Below are positions 37,945 to 48,243 of a DNA stretch of 64,000 nt, in pieces; position 1 is the stretch's first letter, and each line of letters starts with the position of its first letter. A program made the translations under genes and the position numbers. Under the pieces are notes generated by a model. That model worked only from the letters and a program-made list of their open reading frames with translations. It did not search any database and was not told the DNA's origin. Source of the stretch: Planctomycetota bacterium (GTDB lineage Bacteria > Planctomycetota > UBA1135 > UBA2386); contig JBGCDH010000011.1 of the NCBI GenBank assembly GCA_045105235.1, forward strand, positions 64,894-128,893, in the 5' to 3' direction.

Positions 37945-39027
37945 CTACTTCCGCTGGGCCTTACCCAGCTTCTTGTAGTAGCTCTCAAGCATCTTGCGAT
38001 AACGAGGCGGCATCGACTTGTTGACGTCCGCCATGATCTTCTTGCGCTCGGCATCCTTGGTTGGATCCCAGAGTTCCTCGACCGATGGACGGTTGGTCAG
38101 CGTGCCCGCACTGCCGTCGCCTTCCGGCAACGCGCTGCTTGCAGCCGGACCTTGCGACGGGCCATTGCCCGAAGCGGGACCGCTGGACTGCTTCTCCATC
38201 TCCTCGAACATCTCGATGAGCTCCTGCAGCTCCTCGACGTACGATTCCTGGTCGACCTGGACCGGCTTGTCGGTGCGCTTCTTTCGCAGGTCGCGCTCCG
38301 ACTTCTTCATGCCGTCGGCGAGCGTATGCAGCCGGCTGCGCTCCTGCTCGAGTTCAATCACGCGCTGGTGCGCCGCCGAACGCAGTCGTTCACTCGCGTT
38401 GGGAAACCAGGCGAGGAACGCACGGAAACGCGGCAGTGCGGCGTCAGGCAGCGGGATCTCCGCCAACGACTGCGCATAAAAATACGCTGCCTCGGCATCG
38501 AGCGGCGACCAGTTGAGGTTCTGGCCGAGATACTCGTTGAGGATCGTGATCGATTCCTCCGGGTCATCGTCGCGCAAGAACAAGCGCGCCAGGTGATAGC
38601 GCACGTGGGCCTGCAGCAGCGATGACTTGGTTTCGACCAACACCTTGCTGAGAGCGAGAGCGGCGTTCAGCTCGCCGTCTTCCGCAGCCGTTACGGCTTC
38701 GTCAAACGCCGGCACGACCTTGCGCATCAGATCATCCGCTGCGCGGCCCGCACCAATCTCCTCGAGGTCCTCATCAAAGGTCTCGATCTGGAGGTCGGTC
38801 GCACCCAGCGCACGCGCCTCTTTGACGAGCTTGTCGCGGTCAAATGGACGGAAAGGGTTCTGCACCTGGACCGGCGCGACCGGCGGGATGTGTGCCCCCG
38901 GCTGCACGCCTTCACCGGGCAGCTCGATTTGCGCCCGCAAGCCGCCGGCGGACAATCCGCCGAAAGCCAACGCGCCGACCGCGAGCTGCGCCAACAGCGC
39001 AGCCGAACGTGGCGAAGGCGACTTCAT
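37945..39027 (-). CDS. Secreted hypothetical protein (helical, TPR-like centre; Lys-rich C-terminus)
   Basis: Signal peptide MKSPSPRSAALLAQLAVGALAFGG. The ATG overlaps the upstream stop as ATGA at 39024-39027. The longer track ORF (to 39270) overlaps the upstream genes. Confidence 0.55.
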   Translation of the reverse strand: MKSPSPRSAALLAQLAVGALAFGGLSAGGLRAQIELPGEGVQPGAHIPPVAPVQVQNPFRPFDRDKLVKEARALGATDLQIETFDEDLEEIGAGRAADDLMRKVVPAFDEAVTAAEDGELNAALALSKVLVETKSSLLQAHVRYHLARLFLRDDDPEESITILNEYLGQNLNWSPLDAEAAYFYAQSLAEIPLPDAALPRFRAFLAWFPNASERLRSAAHQRVIELEQERSRLHTLADGMKKSERDLRKKRTDKPVQVDQESYVEELQELIEMFEEMEKQSSGPASGNGPSQGPAASSALPEGDGSAGTLTNRPSVEELWDPTKDAERKKIMADVNKSMPPRYRKMLESYYKKLGKAQRK

Positions 39028-39233
39028 CGCCCTTCCTCCACGTCGTTTTCCTTGCCGAGTTTCACGGCGAGGCGGCGCATCAGCTCCTTCACGCGAGCCT
39101 GCTTCTTCGAAATCTTCGCATAGTCTTCCGGCGACGCCTTTTCTTCGGCGGCCTGCGCATCGACCTTTTTGGTGGTCTTGTTCACGCGCTCTTGGAGGAA
39201 CTTCAACATCTTGAGCTCTGCCGACACGGGCAC
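39024..39233 (-). CDS. Small (69 aa) charged helical protein, hypothetical
   Basis: The ORF fits exactly between the two neighbouring genes and is translationally coupled to the next gene. No motif recognised. Confidence 0.4.
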   Translation of the reverse strand: MPVSAELKMLKFLQERVNKTTKKVDAQAAEEKASPEDYAKISKKQARVKELMRRLAVKLGKENDVEEGR

Positions 39234-39266
39234 GAGCGGCGGGGCTTTCCCGCTTCAAGTACCCGT

Positions 39267-41027
39267 TCAACCACCGCCTTCTTTGGTTTCGATGGTGCGG
39301 CGCAGCGCGTTGATCAGCAGCTCGAGCAGGTCTTCGACCGCCAGCTGCTCTTCGTGAACCACGCGTCCCGTCTGGTACTTCCGTAGGTCGACGGAAACCG
39401 CGTTGAGCTCATCGCGAAGCTGCTCGACCATCGGTGGGAACACCGCGGTCGTGCCGTCTTCCTCGAGCAGCTTGAGGGCGTCGATCGCCTCCTGCTCCAG
39501 CTCGCCTTCACCAGCAGCGATCTCGTCGATGCGCGAGACCAGACCAGCCGGCAGCGAGCCGTCGGCGGTAAGGACATTGGCGCGCGCGCCGTCGAGAGTC
39601 TTGGTCTGGATCGTCAGCTCACGCTGACGCGCGAGCATCGCCGTAAAGCGCTCTTCGAGAGCGCGGAGCACTTCGTCTTGCAGCTGTTGGCGCAGCTGAG
39701 CGAGAGCCTCTTCCAGCTCCTTCTTGGCGGCCTGCAGGTCGTCCTTCGCGTCCTGCTGCTCCTGCTTGGCGTCTTTGTATTCCTTGAGCTTGCCGGCGGC
39801 GGCGCGCTGCTTTGGGACGGCCTGCTGGACCTGGTTCTTGCCGGGCGTTGGCTTGCCCTTGCCCTCACCGTCCGCGTCCTCGGCCTTCTCCATGTCCTTG
39901 GCCAGCGTGTCGGTCGCGCTTTCGGTGCGCTCCTGGTTCTTGGCCAGCTGGTCAAACGGCAGCTTGAGCAGCTCGCGCTCGGCTTCTTCCGCCATGCGTT
40001 CGAGCTCTTCGATCGTTTGCTTGAGCGCCTTGGCGGCCTGCGCCTGATCCTTGAGAGCCGACTCCGGCTTCTTGTCGCCGAGCTGCTTCTTGGCCTTGCC
40101 CATCGACTCGGAAGCCTTGCTGGCGCTCTTGCTGCCGGCGCCCTCGCTCGGCTCACCGGCTTCGCTAGGCTTACCTGCTTCGGATGGCTTGCCGGCTTCG
40201 CTAGGCTTGCCCGCTTCGGACGGCTTGCCGTCTTCCGATGGCTTGCCCGCTTCCGCTTTGGCCTTCTTCTTGGCCGCAGCAGCGGCTTTCTTGGCCTCGG
40301 CTTCGGCGGCTTCGTCGCGCAGACGATCGTCCGTCTTCTCGAGGTCGCGCAGGTCCTTGGCGAAATCGCTGGTCTCCTCTTCCAGCTTGCCTTCCTGCTC
40401 AGCCAGTGGCTCGGTCATGCCGGCCGCAGCATCGAGCGGAAGCTGGTTGGTTTGCTCACGAAGCTTCTGCTGAGCGGCCAGCAGACCTTCGGCGCGCTGC
40501 TTCTGCGCCTCGATGTTCTCGAGGTGCTCCTGCAGCTCAGCAGCGCGAGCGGAATCTTCCTTCTCTTGCTGCTGCTCGTCGGCGAGGTCGCTGACGCGGT
40601 CCTTGAACTTCTCCAGCTGCGCAATGCGCTCGAGCAGCTCCTGAAGATCCTGGTTTCGGTTCTGCAGCAAACGCAGCAGCTCGCCGAGGTTGGTCTTGAG
40701 TTGCCCCATGACCTCCAGCGCTTCGTCCCAGTGCTCTTGGCGCAGCAGGTTGCCGGCGCGCTCGAGCTGTTGGTGCAGCTTCTTTTCCTGGACGTATTGG
40801 AGACCGGCACTGAGCAGCTTGCTCTCGTCGGGCTCGTCCTTCTGAAGAACGACCATGAGCTTTTTCATTCGCTCGGTCAGTTCCTCGAACTTGCTCTGGG
40901 CAAGTTCCTGCTTGCTCAGGGCTTCGACCTGCGGCTCCTGCGCACGCAGAGACGGCGCCACGATGGGCGTCGCCACGGCGAACGTCAGAGCCACTAGGGC
41001 GGTGATGACACGGGTGATCATGTGCAC
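39267..41027 (-). CDS. Secreted coiled-coil protein with (GKPSEA)n hexapeptide array
   Basis: Signal peptide (ITRVITALVALTFAVATPIVAPSLRAQ). Long Glu/Lys/Gln/Leu heptad-like sequence, with a central KPSEDGKPSEAGKPSEAGKPSEAGKPSEAGEPSE segment. Confidence 0.65.
   Translation of the reverse strand: MHMITRVITALVALTFAVATPIVAPSLRAQEPQVEALSKQELAQSKFEELTERMKKLMVVLQKDEPDESKLLSAGLQYVQEKKLHQQLERAGNLLRQEHWDEALEVMGQLKTNLGELLRLLQNRNQDLQELLERIAQLEKFKDRVSDLADEQQQEKEDSARAAELQEHLENIEAQKQRAEGLLAAQQKLREQTNQLPLDAAAGMTEPLAEQEGKLEEETSDFAKDLRDLEKTDDRLRDEAAEAEAKKAAAAAKKKAKAEAGKPSEDGKPSEAGKPSEAGKPSEAGKPSEAGEPSEGAGSKSASKASESMGKAKKQLGDKKPESALKDQAQAAKALKQTIEELERMAEEAERELLKLPFDQLAKNQERTESATDTLAKDMEKAEDADGEGKGKPTPGKNQVQQAVPKQRAAAGKLKEYKDAKQEQQDAKDDLQAAKKELEEALAQLRQQLQDEVLRALEERFTAMLARQRELTIQTKTLDGARANVLTADGSLPAGLVSRIDEIAAGEGELEQEAIDALKLLEEDGTTAVFPPMVEQLRDELNAVSVDLRKYQTGRVVHEEQLAVEDLLELLINALRRTIETKEGGG
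40150..40257. repeat. Six tandem 18-bp units (alternating, giving a 36-bp super-unit) encoding the GKPSEA array
   Basis: ggctcaccggcttcgcta / ggcttacctgcttcggat / ggcttgccggcttcgcta / ggcttgcccgcttcggac / ggcttgccgtcttccgat / ggcttgcccgcttccgct. Confidence 0.9.
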
Positions 41028-41077
41028 CTCTGGGAGGGTTGGGTCGCTCCGGTCTTCTCGAAGCGGGGGCTATCGGA

Positions 41078-43438
41078 CTACTTGTTCTTATCGGGCGTCG
41101 TCGAAGGCTCGTTTGTCTTCGCCGGCGCCTTGTTTTTCTTCTTCGGCCCGAAGAGGTCGTTCTCGACACTCCGGACCCTTTCTTTGACGCCGGTGATGGC
41201 GTCAGACTGCAGGTTTATCACGTTCCTGAGTTCTTCGAGCAGAGCGGCAAGCTTCTCAGCCTGCTCCATCTGCTTCAGAATGGCGTCGATCCGGATCTTG
41301 ATATCTCGGTAACCGTCGACGGCCTTTGATCTTACAGATTCGTCACCCGTGCGGGAGAAGCTCTCAACGAGCCTTGCGGTAGCCGGGAAAGCATCCTTGG
41401 CAAGTTGCGCAAGCGGTGCCGTGATCACGCTTTCGATCTGGCGTACCTTGTTCGCCTCAATCAGGCGGTTGTTCTCGTATTCCCACAGGATCCGCTGGTA
41501 GGCCTCACCGACAAAGCGCACCCGGCGACCGAGCGCCTGCTGGCGCCGCGCCAGCGACTTGTAGAGCGTCTTCGCCAAGGCCGCCTTGTCACCGGCCTCC
41601 TTCGGGTTGACCGACTCGCCGAGCTGAACCAGCGAGTTCTCGACCTGATCGGCGAGGGTCTGGAGCTCGTCGCGCTGCTCGATCTGGCGGCGACGCAGCT
41701 CTTCGACCAGCTGATCGCGCGTCACCACGCGGAACGTCATGACCTCACTGCTGCCCTCGTGCGGATCGCCCGGCCCGAAGTTGTCCCTCGCCCAGTGACG
41801 CAGCGAAAACAGCATGCCCGGGCGAATCGGGTTGTTCGGGCTGGCTTGGTTGGTGTCCTTGTTCCAGGTCAGCAGGTCGACCGAGGATTCGGTCTCGTAG
41901 CGAAGCGAGCTGCGCATAAGCGCATCATCATAGATCGCCGCTGCATCGACCCACGGGTTGTCGATCGGCAGCGCACTGCCCTCCTCGCCTTCGTCGCCGC
42001 CAGCCTTCGGTTGGACACGACCACCCGATCGATCCTCGGTCCAGCGGGCCACGGCGCCCACTTCGCGCAGGCCAAAGTCGTCGCGCACGTTGAGGCCGAC
42101 CGGAATGCGAGCCTGCGCCGTGATGGAGGAGCCTATGCCGCGCAGGCGGCCATCGATCGTTGGCGACTTGTCTTCGCCCACGCGGAGCAGAATCTTCGGC
42201 GGTGTGCCGGCGCCAAGGCTGTCGCTATCGATCACGTCGATGGTCAGCAAGCCCGTCTGCTTGGGAGCAAACTCACCGACAAACGACCGACCGTCGCCCT
42301 GCATCTCAAACGGGATCTTGCGGTCGTTGCCAAAGAGCGCGAAGGCCTGCTGCAGCGGCTTTTGGCTCTTGCCGCGAATCGTCAACGTCGCCCCGCGCGG
42401 CAAACGCAGTTCGCCTTCGGTCGGCGGCATGTCAAACGGCTCGCGCTCCATGTATTCCGGCAGAGTCACGCGCACGGCGAGATCGTCGACGCGCGGTCGC
42501 GCGACCATCTGCACCTTGAGTTCAACCGGCAGCGAGTCGCCACCCTGAACCGTCAGGGTTACGTCGCTCAACACCGAGTCGATGCTCCACGAGAACTCCT
42601 TGTCGCCGGTGCGGCTCATCGGCTCCGTGCCGGTATCGCCAGCGGCCGAACCGTTGGCAAACGAGTAGTCGAGCGACACCTGGTCGAGCTCCGGGCCGTC
42701 GATCGCCACGCGCACGGTCAACGCATCGCCCTGCGGCAAACGCACCACGCCATCGTCGCTACCGACAAAGGAAAGAGTGTGGTAGCGCGGCCAGTCGACG
42801 TTGCTGAGCAGCAGGTTGCGACTCGCCCAGGTGCCGAGCGAGCTGCTGTGAATGGCGGCCCAGGCGCCAAAGAACGCCAGCATCAGGACAACGCCGAACG
42901 CAAACTTGCGCACCCGGCCGCCGTCGATCGCGCGCCCGAACGGGATCGCGTGGATCCGGTTGCGGATGTCGTCGACAACCGCAGCCTTCATCTCACGGGA
43001 CTCGATCGAACGCACCTGCTCGGCCGATTGCCCAAGCTCTTCATCGAACTGCAGCGAGCTGATCAGCGACTGCTCGAGTTCGGGACTTTGGCGTTCGACG
43101 GCGAGTGCGATCTCTTCGTCAGACAGCTGCACGTCGAGCGGCTGCATCAAGCGACGGCGCACCACGCGCACGACCACGATCGCAAACGACCCGAGCAGGA
43201 CGGCACGAACGATCCACTCCAGCCGCAGCAAGCGGTCAGTGATGAACGTGGGGATCGCGTAGGCGATCAGCAGCAGGGCCACGAGGCCCAGCATCTCGAT
43301 CCAGATGCCGTTGCGGGCGCGCTGTTTCTGCTGTCGCAGACGCTGACGCGCGGTCGCGAGTTCGCGACCGAGGTTGCCGGCAGCATCAGGCTTGGACGCG
43401 GACGCCGGGGGCGGCTCGGGGAGCGTAGAAGTGCTCAT
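41078..43438 (-). CDS. Large membrane-anchored protein of the Bat-like cluster (two N-terminal TM helices; possibly DUF4175-like, not verified)
   Basis: The TM helices are IWIEMLGLVALLLIAYAIPTFI and AVLLGSFAIVVVRVV. A third hydrophobic segment lies near FAFGVVLMLAFFGAWAAI. The start at 43438 overlaps the upstream stop as ATGA. Confidence 0.6.
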   Translation of the reverse strand: MSTSTLPEPPPASASKPDAAGNLGRELATARQRLRQQKQRARNGIWIEMLGLVALLLIAYAIPTFITDRLLRLEWIVRAVLLGSFAIVVVRVVRRRLMQPLDVQLSDEEIALAVERQSPELEQSLISSLQFDEELGQSAEQVRSIESREMKAAVVDDIRNRIHAIPFGRAIDGGRVRKFAFGVVLMLAFFGAWAAIHSSSLGTWASRNLLLSNVDWPRYHTLSFVGSDDGVVRLPQGDALTVRVAIDGPELDQVSLDYSFANGSAAGDTGTEPMSRTGDKEFSWSIDSVLSDVTLTVQGGDSLPVELKVQMVARPRVDDLAVRVTLPEYMEREPFDMPPTEGELRLPRGATLTIRGKSQKPLQQAFALFGNDRKIPFEMQGDGRSFVGEFAPKQTGLLTIDVIDSDSLGAGTPPKILLRVGEDKSPTIDGRLRGIGSSITAQARIPVGLNVRDDFGLREVGAVARWTEDRSGGRVQPKAGGDEGEEGSALPIDNPWVDAAAIYDDALMRSSLRYETESSVDLLTWNKDTNQASPNNPIRPGMLFSLRHWARDNFGPGDPHEGSSEVMTFRVVTRDQLVEELRRRQIEQRDELQTLADQVENSLVQLGESVNPKEAGDKAALAKTLYKSLARRQQALGRRVRFVGEAYQRILWEYENNRLIEANKVRQIESVITAPLAQLAKDAFPATARLVESFSRTGDESVRSKAVDGYRDIKIRIDAILKQMEQAEKLAALLEELRNVINLQSDAITGVKERVRSVENDLFGPKKKNKAPAKTNEPSTTPDKNK

Positions 43439-45960
43439 AGCAGGTTGAACCTCTTGCGGAGCAGCCATTCGAGCGACAGCAGCAGCAGCACGATCGTGAT
43501 CGTCGGCCAGCCGTCCCAGAGGGCATGCGGTGTGCGGTAGGTGTCGGTCGCAGAACGCGACGCGACTCGATCCAAGGCCGCGATCAGCTCCGCGGGCGAA
43601 TCAAAGAGCTCGCCGCCGTTCGCACCCGCGATGGCAGCCAGCTCCGCGCGGTCCATCGGCCCAACCGATTCGACCTGCGCCGGCACAACCTGGAAGTTGA
43701 GCTCGACGAGCTTGCCAACCTTCTTGATGGGCAGAACGCGATAGGTGCCGAGCTGCGTCGGCCGGAACCGCAGCGAATAGCTGCCCGGCACGGCCTCGAC
43801 CGGAATCAGCGCCAGGCTTTCCGGCGCCTCGCCGTCGCGCTCGAGCGTGACCGCAAACGATGGTTCGATCAGCGGCTGCAGCGCCGAATCTCTGGCTTCG
43901 GCGAGCAGTTCGATGGCGTCGCCAAGATCGATCTTGTCGGCGCTCGCAAGCAGACGCAGTCGGCTATTGCCCGCCTGCAAACGGCCTTCAAACAGGTAGC
44001 GCAGGCCGTTGATCCAGAAGGTGTTGTAGGCATCTTCGTAGATCGCACGCCAGCGATAGCTCTCATCAAAGCCGCTAAACGTCACCCGCCCGGCGCCGAT
44101 GTTTTGCAGCGCAATGACCGGCATGTCGCGGCCCCCACGGCGCAGTTCGCTGCTCGGGTGACCGGCCAACGACACCGCCGCAGGCTTGAGGCGCGACACC
44201 GGGAACCAGAAATGGAAGCCCGGCAGGCGACTCCACAGCATGTTGCTGAGGTCCCGGTCGTCGTTGAGACGCATCAGCTTGGAGCCGATGCCGTCCGATC
44301 CTTCGGCCGTCAGGCGGAAGGGCCACGGCGACTTGTAGGCCTTGCCCAAGCCCATTTGGCGTTCGGCAAACTCGATGTCGGGCACAATCGGCAGCAGGTC
44401 CGCAAGCGGCTGGGTCGACGCGCCCTGGCGCAGCGCATTGAGCGTGTACTTTTCGCCGGCGACCCACCAGAGTCCGCAGCCGCCTTCGAGCACGTGCGCG
44501 GCGAGGTTCTCGCAGAAGCGCTTGCCGAGGGCTTCGGGATCCGGATCGATGAGGACGCAAACATCGAACGGGTCGAGCTCGCTTCGCTCGACCGGCAGGC
44601 GTTCGAGGCGAACCTCTTCGTTGCCGTCCTGGATGAACTTCTCGTCGGTGTCCTGCTGCCAGCACGACACATCGATGGTCTTGTCGCGCAGCATCAGCGT
44701 GCGCAGGATCTGGAACTCGTGGTTGGCGCCGCCGGACACCAGCAGCAGCCGCAGCGTCTCGCCCAGCACCTCGACCGAAGCCGATTTTGTGTGCCGCTCT
44801 TGGATCATGGGTTCGCCATCCGGCGGCACGATCTCGGTGCGGAAGACGTAGCGACCCGCAACATCGCTGACCAGCTCCTGCCATTCGATCTTGGCTTCCT
44901 GCGTGGCTCCGATCTGCACCTGCTGGGTGCGCACGACGCTTTCGGCACCCTGTTCGTCGACGCGGATCAGGCGCGCGGTCACGGCCACGCCGTCATAGCC
45001 CTGCGATGCGACCGTTGCCGACATCTGATACTTGTCGCGCTGGAAGACCTTGTTGGGCGCTTCCATCCGGGTCAGCGTGACGGTCTGCGTCTCCGACGGG
45101 TCGCCGACACCGAGCACAAACGTGTGGGGAATCTTCCGCTGGTTGAGCAGGCGCGCGATCTCTGGCCCTTGCGAGCCAGCTGTGCGGCGACCGTCGGTCA
45201 CGAACACGACCGCCGCGATCTCCGCGGGCTTCGACTTGTCGAGCGCAGTGCGGAGCGCGCCGCCGAGATCGGTCGCACGGCCATCGGCCGTAAGCTTGTC
45301 CAGATCCAGGCGCGGCACCGGCTCGGGCGCGTCCGCCGGCGCGATGGGCTCACCGTTCGCATCGAGCTTGGGCTCGGGCGGCGGCAGCAGCGGCAGTTCT
45401 TGGATGCTGCCCGCAAAGCCGTAGAGCTGCAGGTTGTTCTTGGCGCAGAGCTTTCGGACCAGGGCCTGGTCGTCCTTCGCCAACAGAGCACGAACCAGAT
45501 CGAGGCGGGTCGCGTCGGCGGGATCCTCAACGCCTAGCTTGCGCCATTCGGTGGCCGTGCGCTGCACCTCATCGCGACGCCAGGCATCGCGGTGGGTCAT
45601 CGACTGCGAGGTGTCGACGAGCAACAGCGTGTGGCCTTCGCGCGTTTCGCGATTGACCGTCACAAGGTTGGGATCGAGCAGGAGCGCGATGATCAGCAGC
45701 ACCGCCAGCGCGCGCAGTGTGCCGAGCAGGGCGCGCTGCCAACCGCGCAGGTTTTTGCCGTCCCGTCGGTAGAGAAAGCCAATGAAGACCACGGCGAGCG
45801 CGATCCCCATCAACACGAGCATGCCAAGTCCGCCACTTGGGAAATTGGCGAACTCAAACTGCAGTTCGTCGCCGGGCTCCACTTGGATCCCGCGCCACGA
45901 TGCTAGCCATCGCAAGAAGTCGTCCATCACACTAGCCGTCAGCGACGGCCAAACCTCCAA
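43435..45960 (-). CDS. Membrane-anchored von Willebrand factor A (VWA) domain protein with class-I glutamine-amidotransferase-like C-terminal region
   Basis: Two TM helices, then a MIDAS motif LLLVDTSQSM and VVFVTDGRRT. Later LRLLLVSGGANHEF...DVCVLID. An alternative start lies at 45927. Confidence 0.75.
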   Translation of the reverse strand: MEVWPSLTASVMDDFLRWLASWRGIQVEPGDELQFEFANFPSGGLGMLVLMGIALAVVFIGFLYRRDGKNLRGWQRALLGTLRALAVLLIIALLLDPNLVTVNRETREGHTLLLVDTSQSMTHRDAWRRDEVQRTATEWRKLGVEDPADATRLDLVRALLAKDDQALVRKLCAKNNLQLYGFAGSIQELPLLPPPEPKLDANGEPIAPADAPEPVPRLDLDKLTADGRATDLGGALRTALDKSKPAEIAAVVFVTDGRRTAGSQGPEIARLLNQRKIPHTFVLGVGDPSETQTVTLTRMEAPNKVFQRDKYQMSATVASQGYDGVAVTARLIRVDEQGAESVVRTQQVQIGATQEAKIEWQELVSDVAGRYVFRTEIVPPDGEPMIQERHTKSASVEVLGETLRLLLVSGGANHEFQILRTLMLRDKTIDVSCWQQDTDEKFIQDGNEEVRLERLPVERSELDPFDVCVLIDPDPEALGKRFCENLAAHVLEGGCGLWWVAGEKYTLNALRQGASTQPLADLLPIVPDIEFAERQMGLGKAYKSPWPFRLTAEGSDGIGSKLMRLNDDRDLSNMLWSRLPGFHFWFPVSRLKPAAVSLAGHPSSELRRGGRDMPVIALQNIGAGRVTFSGFDESYRWRAIYEDAYNTFWINGLRYLFEGRLQAGNSRLRLLASADKIDLGDAIELLAEARDSALQPLIEPSFAVTLERDGEAPESLALIPVEAVPGSYSLRFRPTQLGTYRVLPIKKVGKLVELNFQVVPAQVESVGPMDRAELAAIAGANGGELFDSPAELIAALDRVASRSATDTYRTPHALWDGWPTITIVLLLLSLEWLLRKRFNLL

Positions 45961-48191
45961 GCCAGCAAGGATTCAAGCAACAGGCCAACCAGCAGCAGCG
46001 AAGCCAACAGCGGCCACGCTTCGCCTTCGCCGGAGGCCGAGCCAATGCCGGTCTCGTCGCGAACGAACGTCATCAAGTCGTGCAGGTTTCCGGGATACAG
46101 GCGTTTGAATGCCGCCTCGTCGAATGAGACCAATCGGCTTTCATCGAGTGGTGCGTTGCGCGCCAAGATGCGCGGTTCCGGCACGCCATCATGGCGACGC
46201 AGTTCAAGCTCGTAGGCACCGAGGTCGCGCAGCTCACGCAGCGGCACCCGCAGCTGCAGCATGGTTGCTGCGTCGGGGTCGGCTGCGCTTGGTTCGCCTG
46301 CGCTGGGCTCAGACGCACTGCCCGCAGCGGCGACTTCGGGCAACGGCGCCTCCGCCGTGAACGTCTGCTGATCTTCGCCGTTGAGCGAACGCAGCGTCAC
46401 GTCCGGCCGGTAGAGGCCCGGGTCGAGTTCCATCTCGAACACTCCTTCCGTGAGGCGGTTCGAGCGCGCAGGGTCGTCGCGCCGCGCGCCAAACGCATGC
46501 AGCTGGTGCGCCAGCGGCACGAGCAAATAGCCGACCGGCATGTTCGACCAAAACGTGTCGGCCGTGATAGCCAACAGACCAACTTCGCCAGCCGTTCCCT
46601 GGTAGGTCCGCGTCGCAAGCAGCGGCGGCCCCTCGGCATCGTGGATGCGCGCCACGATCGACGCGTCGTGCCCTTCTGGCTCTTCGAGCGTCAGCCAGCG
46701 CTTTACCAGCAGCACATCGGCGAAAAGCATCGCGAACATATCGCCAAAGCCGCTGCAGATCGCATGGTCACGGCCCACGAGCAAACCAGGCTCGGGACGA
46801 TCGGAGTCGCCGTCGATGTCGCCGATCGGGAGCGGCAGCACCCCTTCGCCATTTTGCCAAAGCAGCTCGTTGTAGCGGCCGGCGTCGACCTGTGAACCGA
46901 GCGCGATGACCAAGCCGCCGCCGTTGGCGACAAACTCGGTCAGCCGCTTGGCGGCGCGTTCACTCGGCGCCTGCACGTTGCACCACCAGATCAGGCCAAA
47001 CGGCTCCAGGTTGGTTTCTTCGAAGCCGGTCTCGGTGACGACCTGCGCCTCCATACCCGACTCTTCGACGTCGAACGCCGTCTGCAGGAAAAAGGTCTCA
47101 CCATCGTCGACATCGGGTTCGCCATCGACCAGCAGGACCCGGCTTTTCTCGCGCACCTGCAGAGCGAGCGAGCGACGGTCGTCAAAGCGAAACGCCTCAC
47201 TCGCCTCGAGCGAAGCATCCAGGCGGTGCGCGCCAGCTTCGTGGAACGTGTAGCCCATTGGCAGCGTGGCCCGCTCGCCAGGGGCGAGCTGCGGCACATC
47301 GAGCTTCACACTGCTCTGGCCGTCGACAACCACCGACAGCGTGGTTGGCGCGGTCGGATCGAGGCCGAAGTTTTTGACGTCGACGCCAAACGAAGCGGGC
47401 ACGGAAGCGATGACGAGCCGGTCGAGCAAGCGCACGTCGGCGATGCCGATGTTGTCATGCTGGCCACCAACGGAAAGCACCGTGACGTGCTCGCGATCCT
47501 TGCGCATGGACGCCAATGCCGCCATCAGCTTGGGCCGCGCCTTGTCTTCGGGCGTGGCCCAGTCCCACGAGCGGGTGTCGCCCACGAGATAGTATTCCGT
47601 CCGCGAAGCCTTCTCGACTTCGTGGGCACGCTTGACGATCGTGCCGAGCGCGAGGCCCGCGGACGGCGCCGAATCGCTCACTGAGAGCTCTTTCAGCGCC
47701 GTTCCCGCCGTCGCGCCAAAGCCGCTGTCGATCGGGCGCGCCCAGACATCGGGCTCGCCCGCCTGCGTCGTCCGCACGATCGAGAAGAGATCGCCGGCCC
47801 GTCGCTGCGCGAGGTCGTCCGCGAGCATTCGCACCCGGTCTTGGCCACGTGAAAACAGATCTGAGCTGCCGCTCTTCTGCTGCATCGACGCACTGTCGTC
47901 GAGCACGACGACATGATGCGTCACCGAGCCGAGCAGGCCGCCACCGCCGAGCTGCGGCCGACTTACCAGAGCCACAAGCAGCAGCACGACCAACACGCGC
48001 AGCAGCAGCACCAGCCACTGCTCCATACGCATGCGCTTGCGGTTGCGCTTCATCGCGCGCAGCAAGAACGTCATCGCCGCCCACGGGACCTTTTGGAACC
48101 GCCGGCGGTTGAGGATGTGGATGATGATGGGCACGGCCGCGAGCGGCAGCGCCCACAGCAGAGCCGGGTGGAGGAACGCGAGAGCCAACAT
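45939..48191 (-). CDS. BatA-N (aerotolerance-regulator N-terminal double-TM) + VWA domain protein
   Basis: The N-terminus MLALAFLHPALLWALPLAAVPIIIHILNRRRFQKVPWAAMTFLL is the characteristic BatA_N/TIGR02226 pattern. MIDAS motif VVVLDDSASM. Confidence 0.8.
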   Translation of the reverse strand: MLALAFLHPALLWALPLAAVPIIIHILNRRRFQKVPWAAMTFLLRAMKRNRKRMRMEQWLVLLLRVLVVLLLVALVSRPQLGGGGLLGSVTHHVVVLDDSASMQQKSGSSDLFSRGQDRVRMLADDLAQRRAGDLFSIVRTTQAGEPDVWARPIDSGFGATAGTALKELSVSDSAPSAGLALGTIVKRAHEVEKASRTEYYLVGDTRSWDWATPEDKARPKLMAALASMRKDREHVTVLSVGGQHDNIGIADVRLLDRLVIASVPASFGVDVKNFGLDPTAPTTLSVVVDGQSSVKLDVPQLAPGERATLPMGYTFHEAGAHRLDASLEASEAFRFDDRRSLALQVREKSRVLLVDGEPDVDDGETFFLQTAFDVEESGMEAQVVTETGFEETNLEPFGLIWWCNVQAPSERAAKRLTEFVANGGGLVIALGSQVDAGRYNELLWQNGEGVLPLPIGDIDGDSDRPEPGLLVGRDHAICSGFGDMFAMLFADVLLVKRWLTLEEPEGHDASIVARIHDAEGPPLLATRTYQGTAGEVGLLAITADTFWSNMPVGYLLVPLAHQLHAFGARRDDPARSNRLTEGVFEMELDPGLYRPDVTLRSLNGEDQQTFTAEAPLPEVAAAGSASEPSAGEPSAADPDAATMLQLRVPLRELRDLGAYELELRRHDGVPEPRILARNAPLDESRLVSFDEAAFKRLYPGNLHDLMTFVRDETGIGSASGEGEAWPLLASLLLVGLLLESLLAWRFGRR

Positions 48192-48243
48192 CAGCAGCGC
48201 TCCGTCATCAATTCGTGTGGCAGCATCATCGGGGCAAAACCGA

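Noticed and set aside
39678-45537. Long plus-strand ORFs (39678-40997, 41405-43540, 43525-45537), with similar ones at 46191-46895, 48031-49431, 49550-50728 and 51736-53196
   Set aside because: All are antisense to minus-strand genes that carry signal peptides, TM helices and MIDAS, BatA-N or PQQ motifs. Their compositions are Arg/Leu/Ala/Val-biased with no recognisable domains.
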